Source: Planctomycetota bacterium | GTDB lineage: Bacteria; Planctomycetota; UBA1135 | Assembly (NCBI GenBank): GCA_004295085.1 | Contig: SHNF01000006.1 | Span: 223,675 to 287,674 of the forward strand | Length of the DNA stretch: 64,000 nucleotides | Direction: 5' to 3' | Shown: positions 17,645-27,260 of the stretch, in pieces | How positions within the stretch are numbered: position 1 is the first letter of the stretch | Layout: each line of letters begins with the position of its first letter | Position numbers and translations under genes: made by a program | Notes under the pieces: model-generated | Database searches by the model: none | What the model saw: only the letters and a program-made list of their open reading frames with translations | Told to the model about the DNA's origin: nothing

Positions 17645-19444
17645 TCAAGGAGCCTCGATCCGGTAGTACTTGCACGCGTAGGGCTGGAAGGGATGCATGC
17701 GCACGTTCTTGAGCCATGGCTGCAGCAGGACGGTTCCGCCGGGAAAGTCGATGGGGATGACCGGGACCGCGGCGTTGAGCCGCTGCACCATCTGCACCAC
17801 CAGCGCGTCGCGCTGCGCGGCGTCGGTGGTGGCCTGATACGCCTCGAAGCCGCGGTCGAAGTCCGCGTCGTGGAAGCGACCGCGGTTGGCCACGGGGCCG
17901 CTGCCGCCGTAGAAGATCGTGAGCAGGTCCGTGGCGTCGGGATACTGCATGGTCCATGTGCGCGTCATCATCTGGAACTCGCCCTCGGTGGTGCGCTGCT
18001 GCATCTCGGCCCAGCTGCCGACCTGCTGGCGCACGCGCACGCCGATGCGCGACCAGCCCTCCGCCACGACCTCGCCACCGGTGCGCGTGACCCGGTCGGG
18101 CGGGGCCAGGTCCACGACCAGCTCCTCCAGGCCGCGGCCCTCGGGGTAGCCGGCCTCCGCCAGGAGGCGGCGCGCCTGCTGCAGGCGCTGCGCTTCCGCA
18201 CCGGACTCGACGCCGTGGCCGAACTGCGGGCAGGCTGCGCTCGCCGCCATGTATGCGGGCAGGAAGCTGCGCGCGCGCTCGGCCCAGTCGCCGCCGCGCA
18301 CGGCCTGGGCCCAGCGCTCGTAGGGGAACGCCAGGCTCAGGGCCTGGCGCAGCTTGAGCCGGCGCGCGTTGCCCGCCTCGTCGCCCGGGATCATGCCGAG
18401 CACCGGGTCGTCCATGTTGATGGTGATCATCGACATGGACACCGGCAGCACGGGCAGCAGGCTGACGCCGCGGGCCGACAGCTCCGCGTTCGGGCGCCCG
18501 TCCTGGACCAGGCGGCCGTAGGCGTCGCCCAGGACCGACAGCATCTCCAGCTCCTGCGCCTCGAACAACTGCGTGCGCGTGGACGGCTCCGGCACGAACA
18601 GCACGCGCAGCTCGTCCAGGAACGGCAGCGGGCCGTCGCCGAAGGGACTGGGATCGCCGCGCCAGCCGGAGACGCGACGGAACTGCGCCTGGCTGCCGGG
18701 GATCCATTCCGCCAGGTAGAAGGGGCCCGTGCCCACCGGCTGGTTGAGGAAGTTCCGGCCGGAGCGCGCCACCGCCTCGCGCGCCACCACGGCGGTGTTG
18801 GACTCGGCGCACAGGAACAGGAAGCTCGGCTCGGCGCGCGCCAGGCGCACCAGCAGGCAGCGATCGTCCAGGGCGCGCAGGTCGGCCAGGCCGCCGCGCG
18901 ACTCCGCCTCCTTCCAGGCGGCCGCCGCGCTGTCCGCGCCCTGGGCGGTGGCCCGGTGGAACTCGTCCAGGCCCGCGATCAGGCCTTCAAAGGCGTAGCC
19001 GTTGTCCGCGCTGGACTGGAAATCGGTCTCCCGCAGCCAGGAGTAGACGACGTCATGCGCGGTCACGGGACGCGTGCGCTCCGGCCACAGCGGCGGATCG
19101 TAGGGATCGTGGAAGTGCGCGTCGTCGCGCAGCACGAACAGCCACAGCTTGCCGTCGTCGCTGCTCTCCCAGTGCTCCGCCAGGAGGGGGCGCATGCGCG
19201 TGTACGGCGCCCCGGCGGCGCAGTCGTACTCGACCAGCGTCTCGTACACCTGCTGCTGCAGGATTCCGTCCACGAAGGTGCCGCCGCCGGCGGGATCGAA
19301 GGTCTGCGCCTGCGCGTAGAAGGCGATGCGGGCCGCCGCCGGGCGCGCGGCCGGCGCGCGCGCGCCGGGGCCCTGGCTGTCCGCCCGCTCCTGCGCCGGC
19401 GCCAGCACCGAGGCGCACGCCAGCAGCAGGACGGCGGCGGCCAT
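17645..19444 (-). CDS. ABC transporter substrate-binding protein, family 5 (peptide/nickel/opine type)
   Basis: Start trimmed to the ATG at 19444 (MAAAVLLLACASVLAPAQ signal). Family-5 SBP-like body (LVEYD.., GTGPFYLAEW, ITINMDDP). Confidence 0.85.
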   Translation of the reverse strand: MAAAVLLLACASVLAPAQERADSQGPGARAPAARPAAARIAFYAQAQTFDPAGGGTFVDGILQQQVYETLVEYDCAAGAPYTRMRPLLAEHWESSDDGKLWLFVLRDDAHFHDPYDPPLWPERTRPVTAHDVVYSWLRETDFQSSADNGYAFEGLIAGLDEFHRATAQGADSAAAAWKEAESRGGLADLRALDDRCLLVRLARAEPSFLFLCAESNTAVVAREAVARSGRNFLNQPVGTGPFYLAEWIPGSQAQFRRVSGWRGDPSPFGDGPLPFLDELRVLFVPEPSTRTQLFEAQELEMLSVLGDAYGRLVQDGRPNAELSARGVSLLPVLPVSMSMITINMDDPVLGMIPGDEAGNARRLKLRQALSLAFPYERWAQAVRGGDWAERARSFLPAYMAASAACPQFGHGVESGAEAQRLQQARRLLAEAGYPEGRGLEELVVDLAPPDRVTRTGGEVVAEGWSRIGVRVRQQVGSWAEMQQRTTEGEFQMMTRTWTMQYPDATDLLTIFYGGSGPVANRGRFHDADFDRGFEAYQATTDAAQRDALVVQMVQRLNAAVPVIPIDFPGGTVLLQPWLKNVRMHPFQPYACKYYRIEAP

Positions 19445-19446
19445 CC

Positions 19447-20631
19447 TCAGCTCACGGGCTCGGCCAGGATGCCAAGATGGCGCTCGCCGATGCGGCAGGC
19501 GATCAAGGTCAGCGTGCGCTCGCCGAAGGCGCGCGGCAGGAACTTCTGCTCCATGGTGAGCGGGCGGTCGGTGACGCCACGCTTGCGCACCTCCAGGCGG
19601 CCCACCTGCAGGTCGCGCAGGAGCGAGCGCATCTTGCGCGGGTCCAGGGCCTCGGTCGCCACCACGCGGAACGCGTCCAGGAAGGGCGTGCGCACCTTCT
19701 TCTTGCCGGTGAGGTAGGCGATCTCGGGATCCAGGGCGCACAGGCCGTGCTCCTTGGCCAGGGCGCCGAGCAAGCCGCTGCGCACCACCGCGGGATCCGG
19801 GTCGTACACGTACTCGGCGAGCTCGCCCACCGGAGCCTGGCCGTCTTCCGCTCCCGCATAGCTATCCCCCGCGGGCAGCAAGGTTGCGCGCCGCGGCACG
19901 CCGCTGGCGCAGGCGCCGTACCAGAACAAGGTCTCCTTGGCTTCACCCGACAGGGAGATGGTCTCGATCTCGCCAGGGGCCGGGAACTTGGCCAGCAGGA
20001 GCTCCAGGGGCACGGCGGGGGACAGCTTCACGCACGCCCCGGGGCGGCCCTCCAGCAGGCGGGCGATGTCGGCCGGCTTGGGCGACCACTCGTCCGGGCT
20101 CATCAGGCGCCGGCTGCCCTTGCGCCGGGACGGGTCGATGAAGATGGCGCCCGGCCCCGGCATCTCGGTGGTGCAGTCGGCCTCACGGAACTCGATCCCT
20201 CCGGCGCCGCACACCTCGGCGTTGGCCCGGGCAAAGTGCACCGCGGACGGATCCTTGTCCCAGGCGTGCACCGCCAGGCCGGCCGCCGCCAGGGCGATGG
20301 CGTCGGCGCCGATGCCGCAGCAGGGGTCCCAGACCTCGTGAAAGCCGGCCTTGCGCATGCGTTCGGCCCGGTAGGCTGCGACCCGCTCGCTGCTGGCCTG
20401 CTCCAGCTGCTCGCGGGTGAAGAACATCTGCAGGCCGCGGGAGAACTTCTGGGCGCCGCGGCGGCGCAGGGCCGTGAGCTCGCCCAGGGCCTCGGCCGTC
20501 TTCTTGGGGAACAGGCCGCGGAAGCTCTCCTGCAGGGACAGCGGATCGTCACCGTGGTTGGAGAACAAGGCCAGGGTCTCCCGGGCCTCGTCGGAGGTGA
20601 GGATCTGGGCGGTCTTGAGGTCGATGCGCAT
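19447..20631 (-). CDS. Class I SAM-dependent methyltransferase with a C-terminal THUMP-like domain
   Basis: SAM motif I VWDPCCGIGADAIALA, and IFIDPSRR. The C-terminal half resembles THUMP-like modules. The start could be the ATG at 20631, 20646 or 20682. The stop is 2 nt from the SBP start. Confidence 0.75.
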   Translation of the reverse strand: MRIDLKTAQILTSDEARETLALFSNHGDDPLSLQESFRGLFPKKTAEALGELTALRRRGAQKFSRGLQMFFTREQLEQASSERVAAYRAERMRKAGFHEVWDPCCGIGADAIALAAAGLAVHAWDKDPSAVHFARANAEVCGAGGIEFREADCTTEMPGPGAIFIDPSRRKGSRRLMSPDEWSPKPADIARLLEGRPGACVKLSPAVPLELLLAKFPAPGEIETISLSGEAKETLFWYGACASGVPRRATLLPAGDSYAGAEDGQAPVGELAEYVYDPDPAVVRSGLLGALAKEHGLCALDPEIAYLTGKKKVRTPFLDAFRVVATEALDPRKMRSLLRDLQVGRLEVRKRGVTDRPLTMEQKFLPRAFGERTLTLIACRIGERHLGILAEPVS

Positions 20632-20759
20632 TCCGGGCGCCCACATGTTAAGAAAGAACAGCCGGAATGCCGAAGCCGGCACGGCTCCGGTCCGGGCGGC
20701 GCGTTGACCCCCGGGCGCGCGCCAGGGACACTGTGCCGCCGCATGCCGCCGCGCTGCCC

Positions 20760-22103
20760 ATGTTCCAGGATCACCGCCGGCGCTTTCTAGCCTGCATGGA
20801 AGAGGGCGACCTCGCCCTCTTTCCCGGCGCCGGCCTGCGACTGCGCAGCCACGACGTGGTGTACCCGTTCCGCCAGCAGTCCGACTTCTGGTACCTGACG
20901 GGACTGCGCGAGCCGGACGCGCTGCTGCTCCTGGCCAAAGGCGTCGGGGACCTGCCGGCCGAGACCTTGTTCGTGGCCGCGCGCGAGCCGGAGCGGGAAG
21001 CCTGGACCGGCCCGCGCGTGGGCCCGGAGGGCGCCGTGTCCCAGCTCGGCTTCGCCGCCGCCGCGCCGCTGCGCGGCGCCGAAGCGCGGCTGGACCAGGC
21101 CCTGGGCCGCTGCCGCCGCCTGTGGTACCGCCTGGGCGAAGACGCGCGCTGGGATCGCTGGCTGCTGCAGGCGCTGCCCGGCTGGCGCCGGCGCACGCGC
21201 CTGGAAGAGGCGGGACCCGAGACGCTGCTGGATCCGACGCGCGCGCTGGCGGAGCTGCGCCTGCACAAGAGCGCGGCGGAGCTGGAATGCATGCGCCGCG
21301 CCGCGGCCATCACCGCGGAGGCGCATCTTCTGGTCATGGCCCGGGCCGAGCCCGGCGCCGGCGAGTGGGAGCTGGAAGCGCTCCTCAGCTACACCTTCCG
21401 TCGCCACGGCGCCGACGGCTGGGCGTATCCGCCCATCGTGGCCTCCGGCGCCAACGCCTGCGTCCTGCATTACACCGCCTGCGACCGGCGCCTGGCGGAC
21501 GGCGACCTGGTGCTGGTGGACGCCGGCGCCGAGGTGGCGGGCTACGCCGCCGACGTCACGCGCGTGTTCCCGGCCGGTGGGTGCTTCTCGCCGCCGCAGC
21601 GCGAGCTGTACGAGATCGTGTTGGAGGCGCAGCGCGCCGCGCTCGCTGCCGCGGCGCCCGGCCTGCCCGTTGACGGCGTGCACCAGGCGGCCGTGCTCGT
21701 CCTCGCCCAGGGCCTGCGCGCGCTGGGGGTGCTGTCCCGCGGCGCCGAGGAGATCGTGGTGAAACAGCTCTACCGGCCCTGGTTCATGCACAACACCAGC
21801 CACTGGCTCGGCCTCGACGTGCACGACGCGGGCCGCTATGTTGTGGGAGGCAGCTCGCGCCCGCTCCGCCCCGGCATGTGCCTGACGGTGGAGCCCGGCC
21901 TCTACTTCTCAACCGACGACGAGCGCGTTCCCCGGGAGCTGCGCGGACTGGGCGTTCGCATCGAGGACGACCTGCTCATCACCGCTTCCGGGAACGAGCT
22001 GCTGACCGCTGCGGTTCCCACGCACCCGGCCGCGGTGGAAGAAGCCTGCGCCGCGGTCTGTCCCCTTCCCCCGGCCCTCGCAACGGAGATCGTGCACCCT
22101 TGA
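20760..22103 (+). CDS. pepP: Xaa-Pro aminopeptidase (M24B)
   Basis: YPFRQQSDFWYLTG, HKSAAELECMR, LVDAGAEVAGYAADVTR, HWLGLDVHD, LTVEPGLY and IEDDLLIT. Start trimmed to the ATG at 20760. Confidence 0.9.
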   Translation: MFQDHRRRFLACMEEGDLALFPGAGLRLRSHDVVYPFRQQSDFWYLTGLREPDALLLLAKGVGDLPAETLFVAAREPEREAWTGPRVGPEGAVSQLGFAAAAPLRGAEARLDQALGRCRRLWYRLGEDARWDRWLLQALPGWRRRTRLEEAGPETLLDPTRALAELRLHKSAAELECMRRAAAITAEAHLLVMARAEPGAGEWELEALLSYTFRRHGADGWAYPPIVASGANACVLHYTACDRRLADGDLVLVDAGAEVAGYAADVTRVFPAGGCFSPPQRELYEIVLEAQRAALAAAAPGLPVDGVHQAAVLVLAQGLRALGVLSRGAEEIVVKQLYRPWFMHNTSHWLGLDVHDAGRYVVGGSSRPLRPGMCLTVEPGLYFSTDDERVPRELRGLGVRIEDDLLITASGNELLTAAVPTHPAAVEEACAAVCPLPPALATEIVHP

Positions 22104-23062
22104 GCGGCAACGGCAACTCCAACGCGGGCGCCAGCGCCAGCGCGCTGGTCCTGCGCAGCGTCACCAAGACCTTCGGCGAGTTCACGGCGGTCGATGACGT
22201 CAGCCTCGAGGTGCCCAGGGGCGTCATCCAGGGCTTCCTGGGCCCCAACGGCGCCGGCAAGACCACCACGCTGCGCATGGTGCTCGGCATCTTCAAGCCC
22301 ACCGCCGGCAGCATCCTGATCCTGGGCCGGCCCTCGGCCATGGAGGTGCGCGACCGCATCGGCTACCTGCCGGAGGAGAAGGGCCTGTACAAGAAGATGA
22401 AGGCCTGGGCCATCATCGCCTACTTCGCCACGCTCAAGGGCATGGACCGGCGGAGCGCGCGCCGGCGCGCCTTCGACCTGCTGGAGCGCTACGGCCTCAA
22501 GGACTTCGCCAACGCCAAGACCGAGGCCCTCAGCAAGGGGATGGGCCAGAAAGTCCAGGTCCTGGCCTCCATCGCCCACGAACCCGAGTTCGTGATCCTG
22601 GACGAGCCCTTCTCCGGACTGGATCCGGTGAACCAGCAGGTCATGGAGGGCGTGATCCGCGATCTCGCCGCCCGCGGCTCCACCGTGCTCTTCTCCACCC
22701 ACGTGATGCAGCACGCCGAGCGCCTGTGCGACCGCATCCTCCTGATCGCCAAGGGGCGCAAGCTGTTCGACGGCAGCGTGGCCGCGGCCAAGGCCACACT
22801 GCCGCGCCGGGTCCGCATCGAGACCGACGACGACCCGGCGCCGCTGGCGCAGGTGCCCGGAGTCCTGGCGATGGCGCGCGGCGCCCAGGGCGACGGCGCC
22901 TGGGAGCTGCGCATCCGCGAGAACGCCGATCCGCAGGCCATCCTGCAGGCCAGCTTCGCCGCCGGCATCCGCCTGCGCCGCTTCGAGCAGCTGGACCCCA
23001 GCCTCCACGACGTCTTCGTGCACATGGTGGGGGACGAGGCCAAGGAGGCGTCCTTCCGATGA
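22100..23062 (+). CDS. ABC transporter ATP-binding protein (ABC-2 / NatA-like)
   Basis: Walker A GPNGAGKTT, signature LSKGMGQKV and Walker B FVILDEP. The only in-frame start after the pepP stop is the TTG at 22100 (TTGA overlap); there is no ATG. Confidence 0.85.
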   Translation: MSGNGNSNAGASASALVLRSVTKTFGEFTAVDDVSLEVPRGVIQGFLGPNGAGKTTTLRMVLGIFKPTAGSILILGRPSAMEVRDRIGYLPEEKGLYKKMKAWAIIAYFATLKGMDRRSARRRAFDLLERYGLKDFANAKTEALSKGMGQKVQVLASIAHEPEFVILDEPFSGLDPVNQQVMEGVIRDLAARGSTVLFSTHVMQHAERLCDRILLIAKGRKLFDGSVAAAKATLPRRVRIETDDDPAPLAQVPGVLAMARGAQGDGAWELRIRENADPQAILQASFAAGIRLRRFEQLDPSLHDVFVHMVGDEAKEASFR

Positions 23063-24669
23063 GATACCCCCTGCTGATCGCGTTGCGGGAATTCGCCGAG
23101 AACGCCAAGACCAAGGGCTTCTGGATCGGCCTGCTGCTGTTCCCGGTGATGCTGGTGGTCATGATCCAGGTGCCGCGCTTCCTGGAGGAGCGCGCGACGC
23201 CCACGCGCTACTTCACGATCGTGGACCAGTCGGCCCGCTTCGAGCCGGTGATCCTGCAGGGCGTGGAGCGCGCGCACGCGCGCCGGGTGCTGGAGGCGCT
23301 CGTGGCCTACCAGGCGCGCTACGCCGACCCGGACCGGCTGCCGCAAGCCGGGGACGGCGGCATCGATCTCGAGGACGCGCCTCCGGGCTCCTTGAACCCC
23401 GCGGAGGTCGTCAAGCGACTCGCCGAGGACAACCCGGAGATGCTGGACACGCTGCAGCAGCCGGACGGACTGGCGCTGGTGCTCGCGGGCATCCGGCCGC
23501 TGCTGGTCGCGGACGCCCCGCCCTTCGAGGAGCCGCGCCGGCGCCTGCGCAAGGTCGAGATCCCGGCGGGCGTGGATCCGTCCGCCGGCCCCGACCAGGT
23601 CGGCGAGGCGCTCAAGCCCTACCTCCGCGGCGAGGAGCGCGTGGAGGTGGGCGGCGAGTCCAAGGACCTGTTCGCGGCCGTCGTCATCCCGGCCGACGTC
23701 GAGGAGCACATCATCCGCCCGGGAACGCTGCAGTCCGTGGGCTGGGACCGCGAGGGCGTGCGCTTCTGGAGCGCGAACCTGGCGGACGACGACCTGCGCG
23801 ACGTCGTCAAGAACAGCATCGACGAGCACATACGGGCCGAGGCCTACGAGGCGCGCGGCATGCCGCCGGCGGCGGTGCGCGAGATCGAGCGCACGAGCGT
23901 GGCCTTCGCCACCTTCGACCCGAAGAAGGCGGCCGGCGAGGAGGTGGTCAGCCTGGCCGACGAGATCCGGTTGTGGGTGCCCGTGGGCTTCGTGTACCTG
24001 CTCTGGATCGCCATCTTCACCGTGGCCCAGATGCTGCTCAACAACACCGTCGAGGAGAAGTCCAACCGCATCATCGAGGTGCTGCTGTCCTCGGTGACCC
24101 CGGGCGAGCTGATGATGGGCAAGCTGGTCGGCATCGCCGCGGTCGGCCTGACCATGATCGCGGCCTGGTGCATCAGCCTGATCGGCGTGGTCTGGTACTT
24201 CGCCGGGCCGGAAGCCGAATTCGCCCAGCACCTGCTCGACATCCTGGCCGACGACCGCGTGCTCATCCCGGCCTTCGCCTGCTACTTCGTGTTCGGCTAC
24301 CTCATGTACGCCGGGATCTTCCTGGCCATCGGCAGCGTGTGCAACACCCTGAAGGAGGCTCAGAACTTCATGGGCCCGGTCACCCTCATCCTGATGGTGC
24401 CGCTGCTGACCATGATGTTCATCCCCAAGGACCCCAACGGCACCCTGGCCGTGGCGCTGTCCTGGATCCCGCTGTACACGCCCTTCATCATGATGAACCG
24501 GATCGCCGGCGATCCGCCCCAGTCGCAGTTGATCGGCACGCTCGCGCTCATGGTGGTCTCGGCGCTGGGCATGCTGTGGCTGAGCGGGAAGATCTTCCGC
24601 ATCGGCATCCTGCGCACCGGGCAGCCGCCTAAGCTCCTGGAGCTGCTGCGCTGGCTGCGCAGCAGCTGA
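23059..24669 (+). CDS. ABC-2 family transporter permease (NatB-like) with a large extracytoplasmic loop
   Basis: The ATG at 23059 overlaps the ATPase stop (ATGA). One N-terminal TM, a ~300-aa loop, then five or so TMs with the EEKSNRIIEVLLSSV motif. Confidence 0.8.
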   Translation: MRYPLLIALREFAENAKTKGFWIGLLLFPVMLVVMIQVPRFLEERATPTRYFTIVDQSARFEPVILQGVERAHARRVLEALVAYQARYADPDRLPQAGDGGIDLEDAPPGSLNPAEVVKRLAEDNPEMLDTLQQPDGLALVLAGIRPLLVADAPPFEEPRRRLRKVEIPAGVDPSAGPDQVGEALKPYLRGEERVEVGGESKDLFAAVVIPADVEEHIIRPGTLQSVGWDREGVRFWSANLADDDLRDVVKNSIDEHIRAEAYEARGMPPAAVREIERTSVAFATFDPKKAAGEEVVSLADEIRLWVPVGFVYLLWIAIFTVAQMLLNNTVEEKSNRIIEVLLSSVTPGELMMGKLVGIAAVGLTMIAAWCISLIGVVWYFAGPEAEFAQHLLDILADDRVLIPAFACYFVFGYLMYAGIFLAIGSVCNTLKEAQNFMGPVTLILMVPLLTMMFIPKDPNGTLAVALSWIPLYTPFIMMNRIAGDPPQSQLIGTLALMVVSALGMLWLSGKIFRIGILRTGQPPKLLELLRWLRSS

Positions 24670-24693
24670 GGGCCGGAAGGACTCCTGGCGCGG

Positions 24694-25311
24694 TCAGAAC
24701 TGCAGCCGGACGCCGAGCAGCAGCTCCTCGTCGTTGTCGAGGAAGCGGACGTTGGCGCCGAAGCTGATGTAGTCGGTCAGGTAGTAGCGCGCGCCGACGC
24801 CGGCGCCGCCGTCGCTCTCGTCGAGATTGACCCACTCCAGCTGGCCGTTCAGCTCGATGCGTGAGGTGAGGAGGTAGCGGGCGCCGGCGACCAGCGCGCC
24901 GCCTCCGTCCACGTCGTCCACGTTGCTGCCGTCGAGGTCCTGGCGCGCGTAGGAGGCGATCCCGAACAGGTCGAGCGAGCTGCTGAGCGTCAGGTGGTAG
25001 CCGACGCCGAGCCGCGCCTCGTTGTAGTCTTCGCCCGAGTCGGAGGCGTCGGTGTAGGTTGCCTGCAGGAAGGAGCCGAACAGGAAGTCGAAGGAGCCGG
25101 TGGCGCGCCAGCCCTGCACCGTCTCATCCAAGCCGTCGGAGTCGAGCAGGAGGTAGCCCAGCTCCACGTAGGAGTAGCTGAAGGCAGGCTTGGTCTCCTG
25201 CGGCGGCGCCACGGCAGTTCCGCCGGCTGCGTCCTCGATGAAGCCCAAGGCCGCGGTCGTGGAGTCAGGGGCTTGAGCCGCACACAGGACCAAGGCGAAG
25301 CAGAGAGACAT
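24694..25311 (-). CDS. Small outer-membrane beta-barrel protein
   Basis: Signal MSLCFALVLCAAQA, alternating beta-strand pattern, Asp/Gly-rich loops and a C-terminal ..GVRLQF. AAGGAG sits 7 nt upstream of the ATG at 25311. Confidence 0.65.
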   Translation of the reverse strand: MSLCFALVLCAAQAPDSTTAALGFIEDAAGGTAVAPPQETKPAFSYSYVELGYLLLDSDGLDETVQGWRATGSFDFLFGSFLQATYTDASDSGEDYNEARLGVGYHLTLSSSLDLFGIASYARQDLDGSNVDDVDGGGALVAGARYLLTSRIELNGQLEWVNLDESDGGAGVGARYYLTDYISFGANVRFLDNDEELLLGVRLQF

Positions 25312-25404
25312 GCAGGCACTCCTTTTGCGCCAGAACCAGAAGCCGGATGCAGGCGCCAGGGCGGCAGCATACACGAACCCGGCACCCCGGCCCGCGCCTT
25401 TCGC

Positions 25405-26304
25405 CTAGAAATACAGTCGCGCGTACAGCATCACGCCCGAGTAGCCGTACTCGATATCGGCGTCGAGCGGGCTGCCGCTGCCTTCCACCGTGACTTCGGT
25501 CCGGAAGTTGTTCAGTCCCACGCCCCAGCCGAAGTTCTTGAAGGTGTCGTGCTCCAGGGTCAGCCGGTTGTCGTTGACGTAGCCCTGGAAGGTGCCGAGA
25601 TCGACCTTCAGCACCTCCCAGTCGGCGGACAGATGCCACTTCCGATCCAGCGCATAGGCAAAGTGCAGCCCGAGCAGCGGCAGCGGCGCGTTGACGCGGA
25701 AGTTCTCCTCCAGGCTGAGATTGTTGGTCTGCATCCCGAAGCCGATGCCCATGACGTGGAAGCCGATCGACGCCCCGATGGTCGTGCGCGTGTCGGCGAC
25801 GAAGTTGTAGCGGTAGTCCAGCTTGAGGATCTTGGTCCGGAATTCCGTTTCCACGCCGCTGCCGGCCGGGAAGAAGACGTCCCCGACCTGGATGTCGTCC
25901 TGTAAGGTGCGGCTGCCGCTGCGGTCGATGTCGTAGTAGCTGGCGTCGATCCGATGGCGCCGGTTGAAGCTGTAGTAGGCGTCGATCCGTGCGATCTGAG
26001 TGCTGCGATCGACTCCGAGCGTGTCCTCCAGGTCGATCACGGCTCCGACGATGGTCGGCGTGCTGATGGTCAGGCTTGTATTGAAGTCGGAGTAGGCCGC
26101 GACGCCGAGGTTCAGTCCGAAGCGCCGGTAGATGTTCTCGTAGTACTCCGGCTCCGGCTCTGTCTGCGGCTCCAGCTCCTCGACGCTCTGCGCCTCCAGG
26201 ATCGACCAGCGCTGCGAGAGATCGAGCGCGTGCGGCTGCTGGGCCGGAGGGCAGGGAGGAGCAAGGCTGAGAGCGAGGGAGGCCAGGAATGCGGTGGGCA
26301 ACAT
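25405..26304 (-). CDS. Outer-membrane beta-barrel protein (uncharacterised family)
   Basis: Signal MLPTAFLASLALSLA, amphipathic strands and a C-terminal ..MLYARLYF. Confidence 0.65.
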   Translation of the reverse strand: MLPTAFLASLALSLAPPCPPAQQPHALDLSQRWSILEAQSVEELEPQTEPEPEYYENIYRRFGLNLGVAAYSDFNTSLTISTPTIVGAVIDLEDTLGVDRSTQIARIDAYYSFNRRHRIDASYYDIDRSGSRTLQDDIQVGDVFFPAGSGVETEFRTKILKLDYRYNFVADTRTTIGASIGFHVMGIGFGMQTNNLSLEENFRVNAPLPLLGLHFAYALDRKWHLSADWEVLKVDLGTFQGYVNDNRLTLEHDTFKNFGWGVGLNNFRTEVTVEGSGSPLDADIEYGYSGVMLYARLYF

Positions 26305-26421
26305 GGGGCAGTCCTCTGCTGCTGCGACCCTCGCAATCCTAGCGCGCCCTCCAGCGGGCCGCAGAATTTGGACGCGCAAGCCTCGCGGGGTTGGAGAGTC
26401 TGCCGGCGCCGAGCAACTCGC

Positions 26422-27213
26422 TCAGAAACGGATCTCCAGGCCGAGCAGGAAGCCGTGCAGCACGGCGTCCACGTCCAGGTCGTCGTTGTCCCGGTCCACG
26501 AACAGGGCCCGGTAGCCGGCGTGGGCGGCCAGAACGCCGCTGAACTGCCACCCGAAGCCGCCGTAGGACTGCCAGGTGTAGTCCGAGCCGACGCCGAAGC
26601 CGCCGATGTCCCCGTAGGCGACGATGGAGAAGCCGCCGCTCAAGGGCAGCTCCGCCGTCGCGCCGACCACCGGATCCACCCAGCTCTTGTCGCTCTCCAC
26701 CCGCCTGGCCGGGCGGATGCCCGGCTGGAACTCGATCACGGTCTCGAGGTCCCAGATGCGCGCGCCTGCGAGCAGGTCCACGGACGAGCCGCCGTCCTCC
26801 CACGCGCGGTACGTGCCTGCGAGCGTGCTGATCAGGAGGTCCATCTCGACATCGGCGCCGGAGAAGAACGGGCCCTCCGTGTCGCCCTCCGTGGACAACT
26901 GGCCGAACGAGGCGTCGGCGAGCACGCCGAAGGAGCCGTAACGCGCCCGCGCGACCACCATGCCGGCGTAGTCCAGGTTTTCGAGCACGTCCGAGGGCGA
27001 AGCGTCCACGTCCACCGTGGGTCCCTGTCCGGAAGCGGCGCGGATGTCGCCGTCGATGCCGAACAGCCAGAAGTACGGGGTGATCTGGAAGGCCCACTGG
27101 TCGTCTGCGGCGGGTGGACGCTCCGCGGAGAGCGTCTCGGGAGCGAACCGCGCCTGCGCGGCCGCCGGAGCCGCCAGCAGTGCCAGGACGAGGAGCGTCG
27201 GAAGAATTCTCAC
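26422..27213 (-). CDS. Outer-membrane beta-barrel protein (uncharacterised family)
   Basis: GTG start at 27213 giving (M)RILPTLLVLALLAAPAAAQA. Strand pattern with aromatic girdle residues and a C-terminal ..LGLEIRF. Confidence 0.65.
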   Translation of the reverse strand: MRILPTLLVLALLAAPAAAQARFAPETLSAERPPAADDQWAFQITPYFWLFGIDGDIRAASGQGPTVDVDASPSDVLENLDYAGMVVARARYGSFGVLADASFGQLSTEGDTEGPFFSGADVEMDLLISTLAGTYRAWEDGGSSVDLLAGARIWDLETVIEFQPGIRPARRVESDKSWVDPVVGATAELPLSGGFSIVAYGDIGGFGVGSDYTWQSYGGFGWQFSGVLAAHAGYRALFVDRDNDDLDVDAVLHGFLLGLEIRF

Positions 27214-27260
27214 GGAGGGACGTTGAGAGCGCGGGGCTCGCCGGAGACCTGGCTCGGCGG

